Assembly: GCF_036321535.1 (NCBI RefSeq)
Contig: NC_087437.1
Location: forward strand, 113,090,001-113,154,000
Length of the DNA stretch: 64,000 nucleotides
Direction: 5' to 3'
Origin: Camelus dromedarius
Lineage: Eukaryota
A program made the translations under genes and the position numbers. Below the pieces are notes generated by a model. It searched no databases, had not been told where the DNA came from, and saw only the letters and a program-made list of their open reading frames with translations. Below, one piece after another: positions 26,090 through 40,100 of this stretch. Position 1 is the stretch's first letter. Each line of letters begins with the position of its first letter.

Positions 26090-26525
26090 TTTAAAAAATG
26101 TTTTTCTAGGTTTATTGAGATACAATTGATATATAAAACTGTGTAAGGTGTACAACATTGATTTGATACGCTTATATGTTACAAAATGATTACCACCATA
26201 GTTAGCTATCAACTCCATCGTGACACATAATTAATGTAACTTTTTTGTGGTAAGAACATTTAAGATCTGCTCACTTAGCAATTTTCAAGTATCTAATCCA
26301 ATATTATTAACTGTAATCTCCGTACTACACATTAGATTCCCAGAACTTCGTCATCTTCTAACTGGAAGTTTGTATCCTTTGATTCACATCTCCCCATTTC
26401 CCTCAGCACCCAGGCCCTGGTAACCACCGTCCTACTTCTGTTTCTGTGAGTTCTGCCTTTTTAGGTTCCACGTATAAGTGATATTACACAGTATTTGTCT
26501 TTCTTTGTCTGACTTAGTTTACCCT
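26090..26525 (-). mobile_element. L1MA-type 3' end
   Basis: TTTATTGAGATACAATTGATAT...GTGGTAAGAACATTTAAGATCT...CCCTGGTAACCACC...TTTTTAGGTTCCACGTATAAGTGA. Confidence 0.92.
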
Positions 26526-27344
26526 GTTATGACTTTGGAATCAACTTGAGTATCCCTGATCAACAGAGGAAACTCAAGTGACCCCAAGATCCCCAGAAAA
26601 CAGACATGTGTTTGGTAGCTGGAGAGGTTGTGGTGGATGGGCAGCCATATTTTGGCCAAGGTTATGAAATGTCTGGTGGAGGAGGGAACTCATGGCCATT
26701 TCCCACCTGGGCTTGGTGGTCATGGAAAAAGGAAATTTATCAAGGGAGGGTTGTTGCCTGGGGAAGGCCAGCTGGTCTGCAGTCTGGAGGTCTTCCAAAG
26801 AGTATCTTATTGAGGAGGTCAAGCCCAGCACAGTGGTGTGTATTCCTCACATTGTCACTCCAGTTCTGCTCTGGATCCAAAACATTTCAGATGGTGCCCA
26901 TTTCCTGTGGCTTATTACCAAACAGCTCAGTCCCCAGGGAGACAGATGGGGTGACATTGTGGGTGAGGGTGGGACTGGTGCAGCTCCTCCTGAACAGGTG
27001 AGAGCGCAGGCATCCACCAGCGGGCTCTGAACATTTCTCCTCCCCACTCCTGTCATCTCCTGTCACTTTGAGCCTCTCCCTTGGAGACCAGTACTTTTTA
27101 CATAGTGATTAGTCATTGTTAATAAGTAAAAGACTTCTTTTAAAGTTTCCATTTTATAATTTAGTGGAAAAATGATAAATAAACCCAATGATTATTATTT
27201 GTTCAAGAGATGGTATGAGTAAAAACTCAGAGATGGTCAGACACCAGACATTCACAGGATGGCGTTTCCATAGAAGGAGAAAGGAGAGAATGGGTAACAA
27301 GGGCAGAGATGGTCATCTATTTCCTGTCCCATGTTCCTCTAACC

Positions 27345-27522
27345 CAGTCTTGACTGAGCCTTGGAATCACCCAGAGAATGTTTCAAAAATACCAGTGCCA
27401 CAGACCCTCCCCAGACCAATTAAGTCAGAATCTCTGGGCATGGGACCAGGGCACTGCAATGTTGTTTTTTTTTTTAAACTTCCCTTAATCATTCTAATGC
27501 CAAGCCAGAGTGAGAACATTGA
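27345..27522. mobile_element. MER5A-type MITE
   Basis: TTGGAATCACCCAGAGAA...CAGACCAATTAAGTCAGAATCTCTGGGCATGGGACCAGG...TTCTAATG. Confidence 0.85.
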
Positions 27523-29454
27523 ATCCTGACAGTGTTCCATTCCCAGGGAATGAACTTCTGAAAGTGAGTTCCCAGTCCAAAGTGGCCACATCTCCATGGT
27601 GTCCATTGCTTGGTCTGACCCACCCCCAGTCTGCACCTGTCTTCTTCTCCATCAGGTATTTATCAAATACCTTGAGGATGTACCAGTGCTTGAGAAACAG
27701 TCTAAGAGAACTCCAGGTCTTTGACCATGGACCCCAGAGAAAACGGACTCCTGGTGGAGTTGTCAGGAGAAGTACCTAGTCTCCCAGGGACAGGTCACCC
27801 GGCAACTGGCCTCCCCTGGCAGCAATGATCCTTGGGGATCAGTCCCCACTTCTGCCTGACAAGGCCTTGTGCAAGGAGGCTTCTTACTCACAACCAAGCT
27901 CTCTCTTTTCACCTTGTTCCCCATACTGGCCATTTCTCAACCCTGACCCCATGAGTGGTCACCTTGCATGACCCATGTAACCTCCTGCAGCTTTCCTGAA
28001 CTCTGCCTTAGACCAAAAGACTCAATTTCATATCAGCTCTCTAGACTCAGTTTTGCTGGCCTCCTGGACTTGAGTTTGACTCCTGGTGTGGAAACCCCAA
28101 GTGGAGACTGTGCCATGGCTTCCCCTGGCCCTGGGGGTCTGCTTACCTTCTGCTTCTGGTTTTCTCCCAGTCCTTTCATTCCCCCTGCTGCCCGAGCCTT
28201 ACTCACGAAAACCATTTTTCTTAATTGCCTCATCCAAGGTTTCCATGGGGAAGCAAATCTGGTCCCCATAAATGTGTGGTGAGCTTTAAACAAATACTCA
28301 TAGTGGCATTACAATAATGTCCACCAGATATAGCTCCAAGGGAATAGGTGGAAACAGAGTAGATGAGAATGTGGTTTCTAGCATTAGTCTTTTAAGTGCA
28401 TAAGTGTCTTGGTGAGTGGTTAAAAGAACCCTAGCTGTTGATTTTACTTCTCCCTCAACTCAACTTGAAGACTTCTTGCCTATAAACCATGAAGATGCAA
28501 ATTGCTGTGGCCATTTTGTGGGCTTTCCTATTATAAAAACCACTTGTTTTCCGTTCAACATTATGCTATTTTGAAATTCTAGGTGAAATTTTTGCTAAAC
28601 TCTCCGCATTCCTTTTTCTGCAAGTGGAAGTTTGCCAGGCTTGGGAATGTCAGTCCTTTTATTCCTGTCTGAATTTCACTGTCCTCTGTCAAAGAAGCAG
28701 TTGATCCAAAAAGCTCCTTTCACCTAAAGCTAAAAAGATAGTGGTGATTTGACATCACCTAGTTCTTAGATTGTGGCCTTGCCTGCCGGAAGGGCTACCC
28801 TTGCTGGGACACTATAAAGAGGGTAGGTGCAGGTGGGGCAGGTCTTCAGTAGACATCACGACCAGAAACTGTATCCTTCAGCAGAGGTCAAGGTCGTTGG
28901 GGGTGAATAGAGAGGAAGATGTCATTCCAGCCCCCACATCTGTGAGAACTTTAGCATAAATGCTCTGTCTCCCCACCATCCCACATACCTACACTGCAAA
29001 AGACTCTTTGGTCTGAGGTTTCTTAACTCATCAAATCTCAGTTCCTTCTTCTCAGTTCTTTCTTCCCTGGTACAAATAGTTGAGCATTACCTTCATTATC
29101 CTAAAATTATTTACAACAGAATTGACTGTTGTAATTGGATTGAATGTGGACATGAAGCTTCCATCTCCGTCCATTCAAATGGCTTGACATTCGGTTATTT
29201 CACTTTTCAATAGTTCCACTTCCAGGAGAGAGATGAGGGGGGTGGAAGGAAGGGAGGGTACAACTTAACTTTGGCTTATCTGGGTGGTTGAAGAAAGACA
29301 GCAAAACGGTCCTCCCCACCCCAAGTGCCCTTTTCTTGCTCAGTCTGCATAGTGAAGAATACCGTAGACTACAAGGACAAAGCTTTGGGACTTCCTCAGA
29401 TTTTTCCCGTGTCTACTTCACCAGTGATAAAACAAGGAATGCAGCAATCTGTAA

Positions 29455-29635
29455 TGCATGGTTCTTACCTGAATAAAGATTGGACTCATCTGAGGAGCTT
29501 TAAAAAATGCCAATGCCCAGGCTCCATTCTAGACCTTCTAGGTAGAAATCTTTGGGGCTGAAGCCGGGCAGCGATAATTTTCACAAGTTCCCAGGTGATT
29601 CTAAAGTACATCCAGATTTGGGAACCTCTGGCCTA
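29455..29635. mobile_element. MER5A-type MITE
   Basis: CATCTGAGGAGCTTTAAAAAATGCCAATGCCCAGGCTCCA...CAAGTTCCCAGGTGATTCT...TTGGGAACCTCTG. Confidence 0.85.
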
Positions 29636-29649
29636 GTAAATTGGTCAAG

Positions 29650-29790
29650 AGCAGTAGTTCTCAACCTTAGCATGCATGGGAATCTTTCAGGCAACTTGTG
29701 GTGCTCAATAAGTTGCATTTTTAACAAGTTCCCAGGTGATGGTGATGTTGCTGGTCTTTGCTCTAGGACCAGCTTTGAGAATCATTGGTC
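29650..29790. mobile_element. MER5A-type MITE (internally deleted)
   Basis: GCAGTAGTTCTCAACCTT...TTGCATTTTTAACAAGTTCCCAGGTGATG...TTTGAGAATCATTG. Confidence 0.85.
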
Positions 29791-29880
29791 AAGAAATCTG
29801 AGATAAAATCCTAGTTGTGCTAATTCTCCAGAAATTTGAACAGTAAGTTGATAACTTCTCTTTCTTTTAATGTTCTACAA

Positions 29881-30094
29881 CAGAGGAAGGCAAACTTTTG
29901 TAGGAAAGGGTCATATAATAAATAGTTCCAGCTTTGCTGTCCATACAGTTTCTATTGCAACTACTCAACTCCGCCATTGTAGCAGGAAAGCAGCCATTAA
30001 CAATATGTAAACAAATGGAGGGGCTGTGTTCCAATAAAACTTTATTTAGATAGCAGACAGGATTTGGTCCATGGGACATAATTTGCTGAATCCT
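29881..30094 (+). mobile_element. MER58A hAT-Charlie MITE
   Basis: CAGAGGAAGGCAAACTTTT...TTGCAACTACTCAACTCCGCCATTGTAGC...GGCTGTGTTCCAATAAAACTTTATTTA...TTTGCTGAATCCTG. Confidence 0.9.
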
Positions 30095-30099
30095 GTTGC

Positions 30100-31170
30100 T
30101 CAGTTTCACTACCAATGTATCAAGTGAGGATTTCTTTTTATTTATCTAATTTGGTGTTCAGGTTTTCAGGATCTGAGGCTTGATATCTTTCATTGGTTCT
30201 ACAAAGTTTGTGGTTATTGTCTTTTGAAACATTGCCTCTTAGCCACTGTTTCTGTTATCTGCTCATGAAACTCTGATCTGGTAATGTATTAGATCTTCTC
30301 ACTTTAACCCCATGTCTCTTAACAATTTTCATACTTTTTACCTCTGTTTCTCTGTGCTGCATTTACATCTATTTTTCATTTCAAAAATAGTACTTTTTGG
30401 CTCCTTATCAAATCTGTCTGGTGTATTTTGATAGTCTCTTATATCTTCATGAAATATTCAATTACCTCATTTATTGCTGTAAGTATTTTTATGTAAACTC
30501 ATATTCTGTGTTAATATTTTTAGTGTCTGTGATCTTTGCAGATCTGATGCGACAGTTTATGATTTCTTTTGATTTTCATTAATGGCAGCTAATTTCTTCA
30601 CGAGTTTGGTGAGTTTTGAGGCTGAGCTCATATTCCTTAGAACTTTATCTGTGATAATTCTTTGAGACCTAGGTTCAAATAAGGAGTTGCGTTTGTTTCT
30701 GTTGGGTGCCTGGGAGTACTCCCAAGCTGGTGTCACTTTAAGTACATTGCTGGCTTTGGAGCTTCCCACCTAGTGTGAATTTTGGCTTGCTAGCAGAAAT
30801 TCTCAGGGGACAATTCTTTCCAGCTCCACCCAGAGCCAAGGTGGAGGCAGACAGTCCCCTCCCCAGCCCCCCTGAGGGACAGGACCTTTCACCCTGGTTC
30901 AGTTTTCAGAGGGTTGGCTTCGATGGTCTTGGCTTACGTGAGGGTGTCCCGGTCATCTTCTCACCCTGCCTGTCCCTGGCTCCTGCATGACCCCTTATAA
31001 CCTGAGTTAGGCCAGCAAGAACTGGCCTGTGACCTCCACTTTGGTTCTCCTTCCTGGATTTGTGCTTTCTCAAGGCTTCTGGCCTCCTAGGGATCCCTTG
31101 TTCTGATGCCAGTTCAATCGTGCTTTACAAAAATTATTTTAATTGATGTCCTCTCCAGCATCGTAAGTCG
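30100..31170 (-). mobile_element. Ancient L1M/HAL1-like fossil (ORF1/5' region)
   Basis: T-rich GGATTTCTTTTTATTTATCT...TGATATCTTTCATTGGTTCT...TTAGATCTTCTCACT...CATGTCTCTTAAC, typical of an antisense old L1/HAL1 ORF1. Confidence 0.6.
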
Positions 31171-31996
31171 TCTTAGGAGAGCTATTATAATAACTGCCAA
31201 GGACACCGGTAGGTAACTGCTTCCTATTTCCGCTTCCTCTTCTCTCAGTGGAGAAGCCAACAGAACTGGGACTTAATTCATTTCTTAAAATAAATGGATC
31301 AATGATTTTTATCTTGTTCTCAGCATTCTTCGTGTTATACTGTCATTATGCTACTGTGTACTCTGAGGGCAGACTAATGTAACACTCCTCAGATTAGACC
31401 GGGTTACTAACATAAGTCTGTTTCATAAGACCTTTTAAAAAATGTGGAATTTGTGGGCCTATTGGGAGTTTTCAGTTTCCCTGTGTGATTCAGAAAGCCC
31501 ATAGTAAGTTGCAGCTTGTCATTTTGCTGAGGCACCAATATGAACGGACTCCGCAGGGAGGCTTATATTGGGAACGAATCATTTGGCTTCATGAATGTGC
31601 CTAGCCCGCCACCATCATCCTCGTCCCAGGGCACTGTGTTGATCTCCTCTTCTTGACATATGCTACAAAGTAAGCCTTTTGAAATTATAGTACAGAAAGT
31701 AATTTTCTTGTGTGTAAAAAATGATCAGCAAGTAAAAACGATAAATTTTGCAAAAAGTCAAGGAGGCGCTTAGGTTGTGGTGTACGTAGACGTGCAGGAA
31801 ACATAGCTCCCAGTGGAAATGTGATTCGGGAAGACGCCAGGAGCCTGCACAAATTTTCCACATTCTTGAGTAGGGGAATTCTGGAAGAATCAAGAGTGCC
31901 CTCCCATGAGGTTTTCAAGCGCCTACTACATATTAATAAATAGCTTTGTAAAAAATAAAGTTAGGCAGAAATGCTAAATTTAAAAAGAGTCTGGAC

Positions 31997-32650
31997 ACTT
32001 CGGCAGTTGTTTACAAAACTAAACATACTCTTATCATATAGTCCAGCAGTTGAGTTCCATAGCATTTACCCAAAGGAGCTGAAGCCATATCTACACAAAA
32101 CCCCCGCACATGGATGTTTATAGTAGCTTTATTCATAATGGCCCAAACTTGGAAGCAACCAAGATGTCCTTCAGTAGGCGAACGGATAAACAAACTGGTA
32201 CATCCAGACAATGGAATATTATTCAGTAATAAAAATCAATGAGCTATCAAGCCATGGAAAGACAGGAAGGAATCTTAAATGCATCATACTAAGTGAAAGA
32301 AGCCAATCTGAAAAGGCTAGTACCATGCGATTCCAACTATATGATTTGGTGGAAGAGGGAAAACTGTGGAGACAGTAAAAAGATCAGGAGATGCTGGGGC
32401 TAGTGGGGAGGGAGAAACGAACAAGCAGAGCACAAAATACTTTTAGGGCAGTGAAAATATTCTGTATACAATGGGCACTGATATGTTATGGTGGATACAT
32501 GTCATTATGTATTTGTCCAAACCCATAGAACGTACAGCACCAAGAGTGAACCTTATGTAAACTATGGATGTTGGAGGATGATGTGTCAATTTAGTTTCAT
32601 TGATTGTAACAAACACACCACGTGGGCGGGGCTTATTAATTTAAAAAAGG
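31997..32650 (+). mobile_element. L1MC-type 3' end
   Basis: GGCAGTTGTTTACAAAACTAAACATACTCTT...GAAGCAACCAAGATGTCCTTCAGTAGG...GTGGATACATGTCATTATGTATTTGTCCAAACCCATAGAA. Confidence 0.92.
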
Positions 32651-34033
32651 AAAAAGAGACTCTAGAATGTAATGAGCTGGTACCTTAGCTGCTTCTTCGG
32701 AGTAGCTGTTACCTACTAAGAAAAACAATTCACCCAAAGTCCCACATGGGACAGAGGCCAAAGTACGGCTCCTCCGGGTGACCCTGCCTGGCTGCAGAGT
32801 GAGCGGAGGCCCTGGGAGGGAGACATCTCGGGGCTCGGGGAGTTTGGAATGACGCGAGGGCCTTCTCCCACAGGCCTGGGACATCAGGACATCTCCCCTG
32901 CAGAGGGGCAAAAGGGGAACAGGAAAGGGGTTCAGGCCATCTGGCATTTCCTCCTTCCCAAGGGTGGCAGGGGCAGCTTCCTGGGAAGGCCGGTGTGCCT
33001 GGCAAATGGCTGCACCTCCGGAAGCATCCCAGCGAGATGGAGAGGCTGGACGGGCAGTGAGAAGACTCCACCTCTGGCAGCTCTTGCTTCTTAGTAAAAA
33101 GCAGGACCTACACATAGGGACACACTAGCATATACAAGAGCAAGTACCCAGATATGGACGGATGGACAGACGTGCACAGATGCGCACATGAGGTAACCTC
33201 CCCCGCACGGAGTCCACATCCAGGACAGGGACACACGAATGATCAGGGCAGCTGCCATTCTGGAAAACAAGCTGCTGAAAAACACACACTGTCAATGGCC
33301 TGGGGAGTGAACTGTTCTAACATGTGTCCCCCTGGGAATGCCCCAGCCTTCCGGAGCAATCAGCCCTCCCCCATCTCTGTCCGCTGCACGTGGTGGAGCG
33401 CTGCCTGCCCCTGACACTCTGGCAGATGCATGTGTGCTCCCCTCACTCTGCCCGAGGGCCTTCCCCCTACCCAAGGCAGGCTGCAGTCCATCGCTGTCAG
33501 TGGATGACACTCAAGTCCCCCATGTGACACTGGAGGGCTTTGGTGGCAGGAAGGTGCTGCCGGTCGCTGCCCGAGAGGGGCAGTAATAACAGGAGGCCTG
33601 AAGGAGTGGAACCATGTTGCACCAGAGCAGCCTTTGTATCTCTCCAGCCCCACAGCTTTGCCCTCTGGACTTGGCACCTGGCTCAGTGTTGCACAAGCCG
33701 CCTGGAGAAACGGGCGGCAGGGCGGGCTTTTCAGTAGTCTGGGACACTTCTGCCTCGAGGCTGCACATGGAAGAGTATCTTCTAAGTAGAAACAGGCCTG
33801 TGTTGACAGATGGAATCCAACTGGATGTGGGAAAAAGCTCAACAGAGGGCTCCAAGCAAACAAAAAAATCAACCCAAACAACACCTTTTTAGTGTAACAA
33901 GGACTTAAAAATGATTTTGAAAGACGTCTGGTACTAATAGTTTAAAAAGTTAGTTTAAAAACTCCTCTGTTGCTTGTGTTAAGAAGCAGGAAGTCTTTCT
34001 ATACTCCCATTCTTTTAAAATCCCCTACTTTTG

Positions 34034-34337
34034 TAATTCTTTTTTATTTTTTTTTAATTGAAGTATAGTCAGTTACAATGTGTCAGTTTCTGGTGTGCAG
34101 CACAATGTCCCAGTCATACATATATGTACGTATATTCGTTTTCATATTCTTTATTCATTAAAGGTTATTACAAGATATTGAATATAGTGCTATTCAGAAG
34201 AACTTTGTTTTGTATCCATTTTTATATATAGTAGCAGTTCATATTTGCAAATCTTGAACTCCCAAATTTGTCCCTTCCTACCTTCTTCCCCCCGATAACC
34301 GTAAGATTGTTTACTATGTCTGAGAGTCTGTTTCTGT
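34034..34337 (-). mobile_element. 5'-truncated young L1 3' end with TSD
   Basis: Poly-T, ATTGAAGTATAGTCAGTTACAATG...; TSD aaaatcccctacttttg (34017-34033) / aaaatcctctacttttg (34338-34354). Confidence 0.95.
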
Positions 34338-34407
34338 AAAATCCTCTACTTTTGAACATAATAGAATTATTTTCTTTTAAAATTATTTTACTGAACTGTT
34401 TTACAAC

Positions 34408-34870
34408 TGTGGTAGACAGAATAATGGCCCCCAAAGATGTTCACATCCTAATCGCTGGAACCTGTGAATATGGTACCTCACATGGCAAAAGAGACTCTAC
34501 AGATGTGACCAAGTTAAGGATTTTGAGAGGAAGAGATTATCCTGGATTAGCCAAGTGGGTCTGGTGTAATTACAGTAGTCCTTATAAGAGAGAGGCAGGA
34601 GGGTCAAAGTCAGAAGAGGAGATGTGAGGACAGAGCAAAAGTTGGACTGAGGTATTGAAGATGGAGGAAGGGGCTACAAGCCAAGGAATCTAGGTGGCCT
34701 CTAGAAGCTGAAAAAGGTCAGGACATGTGTTATCTTCTGCAGTCTCCAGAAGGAATGAAGGCTTATTTTGATTTTAGGATTTCTGACCCCCAGAACTGTT
34801 AGATAATAGATTTGTTCTAAGCCACTAAGTTTGTGTTAAATTTGTTTCAGCAGCAATAAAAATTAATCCA
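34408..34870 (+). mobile_element. MLT1D MaLR solo LTR
   Basis: TGTGGTAGACAGAATAATGGCCCCCAAAGATGT...GGAGGAAGGGGCTACAAGCCAAGGAA...AAGCCACTAAGTTTGTG. Confidence 0.93.
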
Positions 34871-35120
34871 ACCTATTGTGATGAGTCAGATCCTGTGGGC
34901 TAGCTTGAAGAAGGACTGATTTATTGACTAATAAATTAATGGCTCCATATGGACCTTCATAGAGTTTCTTTGGCCCTGCTTCTTTGTTTGGGTGAGCTTA
35001 TGGTATGAATTGTGCACATACTTTTCACTTTGCTAAATGCAAACTCCATGCTGAGAAGTTTAAATCTATCTGTATCTAATTACAGGGATCTTCACCCATA
35101 TTTGCCGGGGATTATCCTAC

Positions 35121-35574
35121 TGTATTGGTTTTCCAGGACTGCCAAAAACAAAGAACCACAGACTGGGTGGCTCAAACAGCAGAAATGTATTTTGTCACAA
35201 TTCTGGAGTCTGGACGTCCAAGAGCAAGGTGTTGGCAGGTTTGGTTTCTCCTGATCTTGGCTTGCAAGCAGCCACCTTTTTGCTGTGTTCGCATGTGGTC
35301 TTTTCTCTGTGCACACACCTGCCATGGTCTCTTTGTGTCCAAATTTCCTCTTCTTGTGAGAACACCAGTCGGGTTAGATTAGGGCTCACCCTAAAATTAC
35401 CTGAAAGTTAGTTTTACCTTAACCTTTACTTTTAAATTTTATTAAAATTTAATGAAAAACTTAACTCAATTACCTTTTTAAAAGCTCCATTTCTAGTCAT
35501 ATTCTGAGTTACTAAGGATTAAGTCTTCAACATATGAATTTGGTGGTGGTGGGGACACATTTCAGCCCATAATA
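35121..35574 (-). mobile_element. MLT1A/B-like MaLR solo LTR
   Basis: TGTATTGGTTTTCCAGGACTGCC...CCACAGACTGGGTGGCT...CAACATATGAATTT...GACACATTTCAGCCCATAA. Confidence 0.9.
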
Positions 35575-35879
35575 TCTATACTGGGTACATGTAGGGGAGG
35601 GTCTGTGCCAGCCAAGCAAGTAAGTCTGTGCACACTACTTGAGTGACATGTCAGGACTACTCTCTATAATTCCATGCTTCAGTCCATTTTGGTACGCTCA
35701 AGAGTACCACACTGTGAGCCAGCTGGAACTGTATCACTTTGTCACCCTTTAGGCCACAAGAAAATGTGTTTCAGAGACCATTATGCTAAGACAAGGTCAG
35801 GCCAGCTCTGGAGTGACAGAATCTATCTCAGAAACATCTCATGAGGTTGGGAAGGGAAGGGGGATGAGGGAAGACCAAT

Positions 35880-37160
35880 ATACGTGCAACTTAGATCCCT
35901 ACCTCAAACCGTACTCTTTACATATACACTACACGGGTTACAGACCTAAATGTGAAAAATTATTAAAGAAAATAAAGGACAATGTCTACATGATCTTAGA
36001 GTAGAGAAAACCTAAAAGAAGAATTTATAAAGCCCAAACAATAAAGAAAAAGGTAGACATATTCAAATACTTCAAAATTTAAAACTGTACAGAAAAATCT
36101 ACAAATTTCTGTTGGCAAAAGATTTAAAAACAGACTGGGAGATTCGTTTTATACTAGGAATTATTATTCAAAACACACAATAAGGAAAGTAAAAATTAAA
36201 AAAAAAAATGAATTAATTGTCCAAGAAGGAAATGTGAATGGTCAACAAGTAAGAAAGCAAACAAACAAAAAGATGCTCAAACTCAGAGAAAGCAAATAAA
36301 AAGAACAAAGAGAGGCCATTTCCTATCCATTGTTTTCATAAAATTAAGTGGTCAGTTCTCTCAACTGTTGACAAGGTTGTAGGGGAACCGGTAAATTTTT
36401 GCTGGAAATGTGAATTGATGAAGGCAACTTGGAGAGAGTTTGGTGCATTTAGGACAATGTGTTTTCCCTGTGTCCTAGAATTTATGCTTCAGGATACACA
36501 ATGGATAATCCGCGTAGTTTCAAAAGCATCTTATGCACAAAGGTGTCTGTTACACCACTGTTTGTAACAGCAGGAAAAAAGGAAATGACCGAAACATCCC
36601 TCAGTATAGGGATAAACAAACTGTGGTGTTCTCCTGTGATGGAATAGCACACAACAATTTGAAACAATAAATAAATCTGATACATATCGGCATTAATAGT
36701 CATTAAAAACATAAGGTAAAGTGTAAAAAGCAAGATGCAGATTGATGGGATATATACACATAATGTACTTGAATATTTAAAAAACAAAACCTTACAAAGT
36801 GTATGTGTGTGTATCTGTGTTTTAACAGATGCATATCTACCTAGAAAAAAATTTTTTAGAGAAATAGAATGATACACGATACATGGTCATTTCAGTCTCT
36901 GGGGGAGTGTGGGGAGGAATGGTTTGAGAGTTGGTGGTTTAAGGGATGTTAGCTAATATTTATCCTTGACTCACCCCTTCCCTTTCCCCCCCTCCTTCCC
37001 TCCCTCCTTCCTTCCTTCCTTTCTTCTTTTTTTCTTCCAAAAAAATAGACAAGAAATAGATATGACCAAAAAAGTTCACCTTTATTCATTCTAAATTATA
37101 GGAATATAGAAGTCTAAGTTATTCCTTTATTTTACCATAATTTTTAAATCTCAGAAAGCA
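35880..37160 (+). mobile_element. Ancient L1M (L1ME-like) ORF2 end and 3' UTR, with (TTCC)n tract at ~36975-37030
   Basis: TTAGATCCCTACCTCAAACCGTAC; AAAAGATGCTCAAACTCA; GGATAAACAAACTGTGGT; A-rich strand. Confidence 0.75.
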
Positions 37161-40100
37161 GAAACCAAACCAAACAAAAAGCCAATTATTTCTACAAAGA
37201 AAATAATAAACTATAAAACTAAAGGGAGTAAAGGAAGGCTTGAACAAACGAAGGAGGATGTGATACTGAGTCTGTTGTGTTCCAGAGAGTGGGCTGACTC
37301 CCGGTGGGGGAAACGAACGCCTCACAGCTGGGAGTTCCCACTGGCTTTTGCGTTGGAAGGGACCATGTTAGACACTTGGTGCACTTTTACTTCCTGCGTG
37401 AATGGCCTCCATTCTCTTGAAATACGGTGTTAGGGATGTCTTCTTCCAGTGCCAGTAACTGGTTCCACTAGCCTAAAGCAAGTAGTTCCATTTTTCAGTC
37501 GCTCAAACTATTAAGGAAAATTCTTCCTTATTTTTAAAAAGAATTACCTTCCTGTGGACTCTGCTCTTTGGTTCCATTTCTTTTTTTTTCTGGAGCAGGA
37601 GAGATTAAATCCAGTGCTCCTTTAATAGGAAAGTCTTTCAAAATGTAAAGACAGCTACCCTTCATTTGTAAGTTTTTATATCTAGAAAAATAAAGGGCTT
37701 TGTACACAAATACAAACATATGAACATCACATGGGGACATCACCATAAAATACGAAGTGGCTGTGAAACTGAACTTTCAAAGTTCTCTTGGAGACCATGG
37801 GAGAAACTAACCTGATGACACAGAGATCTCGGCTCATCTCAGGTAGTGCATTTTCCTCTGGGCTCGGAGGCACAGGAGTCACCCCACCACCACCCCCGGG
37901 AGGGAGAGTACATAATTGATGAGCAATCTTTATCACACTTGAAGGGACAATGATATAAAGGGGAACCGGATGCCTAGTTAAGAACTGATACCTCAACAGA
38001 CATAAGAGGAAGCTACATTATCTCCTTATTAGTGACATTGTATATTTTATAAGAGTAGCAATGCCTTGCCAACTTGAATGCCAAGATGTAGACCAACCAA
38101 GGGATCTAAATGCTGATTTAAGTTAGTTTATCTTAAAGGGAAAGGCCCCTGGAGACATGTCCCCCACTGGGTTGATGTTTCTTGGTTGGTTTCCTTTTCA
38201 CCTGCTTGCAAAGTGACCAGTGGACAAGAGATGCTGTTGCACCCAGTTCGAGAGGTTAATATTGTTCACATTACCTGAGATGTTTTGTATCACTGTGGGT
38301 GAGAGGGAAGGGGAAGAAAGGAAACTGAAGCTTAAGTTCCCACTGTTAGTAGTGGAATGGAGCTTCCAAATCGACCTCCTGAAACTCATGTCCTTCATTT
38401 TGTTGTCTTGTTTTAAGCCTTGCCGTCCTCAAAGAGACAGGGAAGCCATCAACAGCAATAATACAAATATTTCATGACTGATTTCAACCAATCAAAATGG
38501 ACTATGGCTGCTGTGCCTTATGGGTGTATCCTGGTGGGCACCTGCCCTGCCCTCAGCTCTAACCACTCAGACTCCGAGAAGGCCTTTTGAGGTTGAAACA
38601 GAGGAAGTGTTGCTCAAGTAAAGCTAATTGTGTTGTCTTTGTCTCCTTTGATAAGTGGCTTTGTTTCACATTAGATCTCTCTGAAGTTATATTCTATGCA
38701 TTAAACCACTTCTTTTTAAAACTTCTCTTTATAAATTACTTCAATCTGTCTTTGAACACAGAAGAAAATAAAGGAGAAAGGATATGGGGAAGGGATGGCT
38801 TAATGTGTCTACATTTTGGAATGACTGACGAAGCTTGCTGCTTCTCCAAGTTCTCTGGGTGGCCTGAATGAAGAGAAGGGGTGTAAGCATCCCTTAAGAC
38901 TCAGCTTTCAGTCCCCGATCCCTATTCTTTGCAGAATGTTCTCTTATTAAAACCCCACCCCCCATCCCCATCTGCTGCCATCTTACTGGAAAGTCATTTC
39001 TAATACGGCTCCCAGCAGGCAGCTTTCCTTGTCTCCTTACACCCCTCCCTCCAGTTGTGAGTCCATTCACTAATTCTGACATCTCCCAAGTGGGTGAATC
39101 TTTAAGTGGCAGTTCCTAGACATCATCCCTAAATTTTGGGGGTGTCACGACCACCTAGGCTGGAAAACAGTTATTTATTTCACAACCTTTCCCTCAATAG
39201 CCCCCTGCACCCCCACCCCTGCCGCCAATTGCTGTATGTGTATTTGTTTTTGACGCCAGAGAATTAAAATCAGTTTTGTTTGGAGGATTTCACAACACTC
39301 TGACATTTTTGGAGATGCAATGGAGGAAAGCTGAAGACGGAATGGAAACCTACGGACCATGCAGCATCTCACGAGTTTGTGGGGCTTTTTCTCTTTGTTG
39401 TGCAAACTCAGTCCAGGGGGATGGAGACATGAGTGCTGCAGGAAAGCATTTTTCTGTTTGCCAAAAAGCAGTGGTGTTGAATGGCTCGAGAGACCACAAA
39501 ATTACATTTCTCCACTCAGCACTGAGAAAAAATGTCCTGGGAAAATACATTACCACTTCGCATCACCTGGGGCCACCTTAGCCAGAGGAAAAGAGTTCCA
39601 ACCCGGTCCCTCGTTTGTACTGAATTCACGTGCTGTGAGAGTTTTCCTGGGTCTTTGTGCTGTCTTTTGATTCAGCCACGTAACTGATTAAGTTAAGCAC
39701 TGGCGATTGCCTGGCTCCTTAGTTTGGCGGCTGCTACCCCACGAATTTGCATGGTTCAGATTAAGGGAGAGATTAAGACAAGTAGGAAGGTTCTGGATTG
39801 AGTTTGCCGTGGACATAACTTGTAGTGTCAGACCAACTCTGCCCCCCAGTATTTTAGGTGCGTGAAGACTGCCTGCTTTCTCAAGAAGTTCCATGGTCTG
39901 ATGCCCACTTGAGAAGTTGGCTCTCCAAAACTCAAACCTCAATAATTATAAAAACTTATTGGAAATGTTTTCAATATTTTCAAGCTGAAAATATGCCCGT
40001 ATATTTTAAACAACCCCAAAGGGATGAAGAATGGGGGACTGGCAGGGCCGCGTAAGAAGGAGCCTCGTGCTGAAGGCCCGGGGGGAGAGTGCCAATGCCA

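Noticed and set aside
31514..31675. Possible exon ending AAA|GTAAGC
   Set aside because: Stops in all frames and a weak acceptor; no other support
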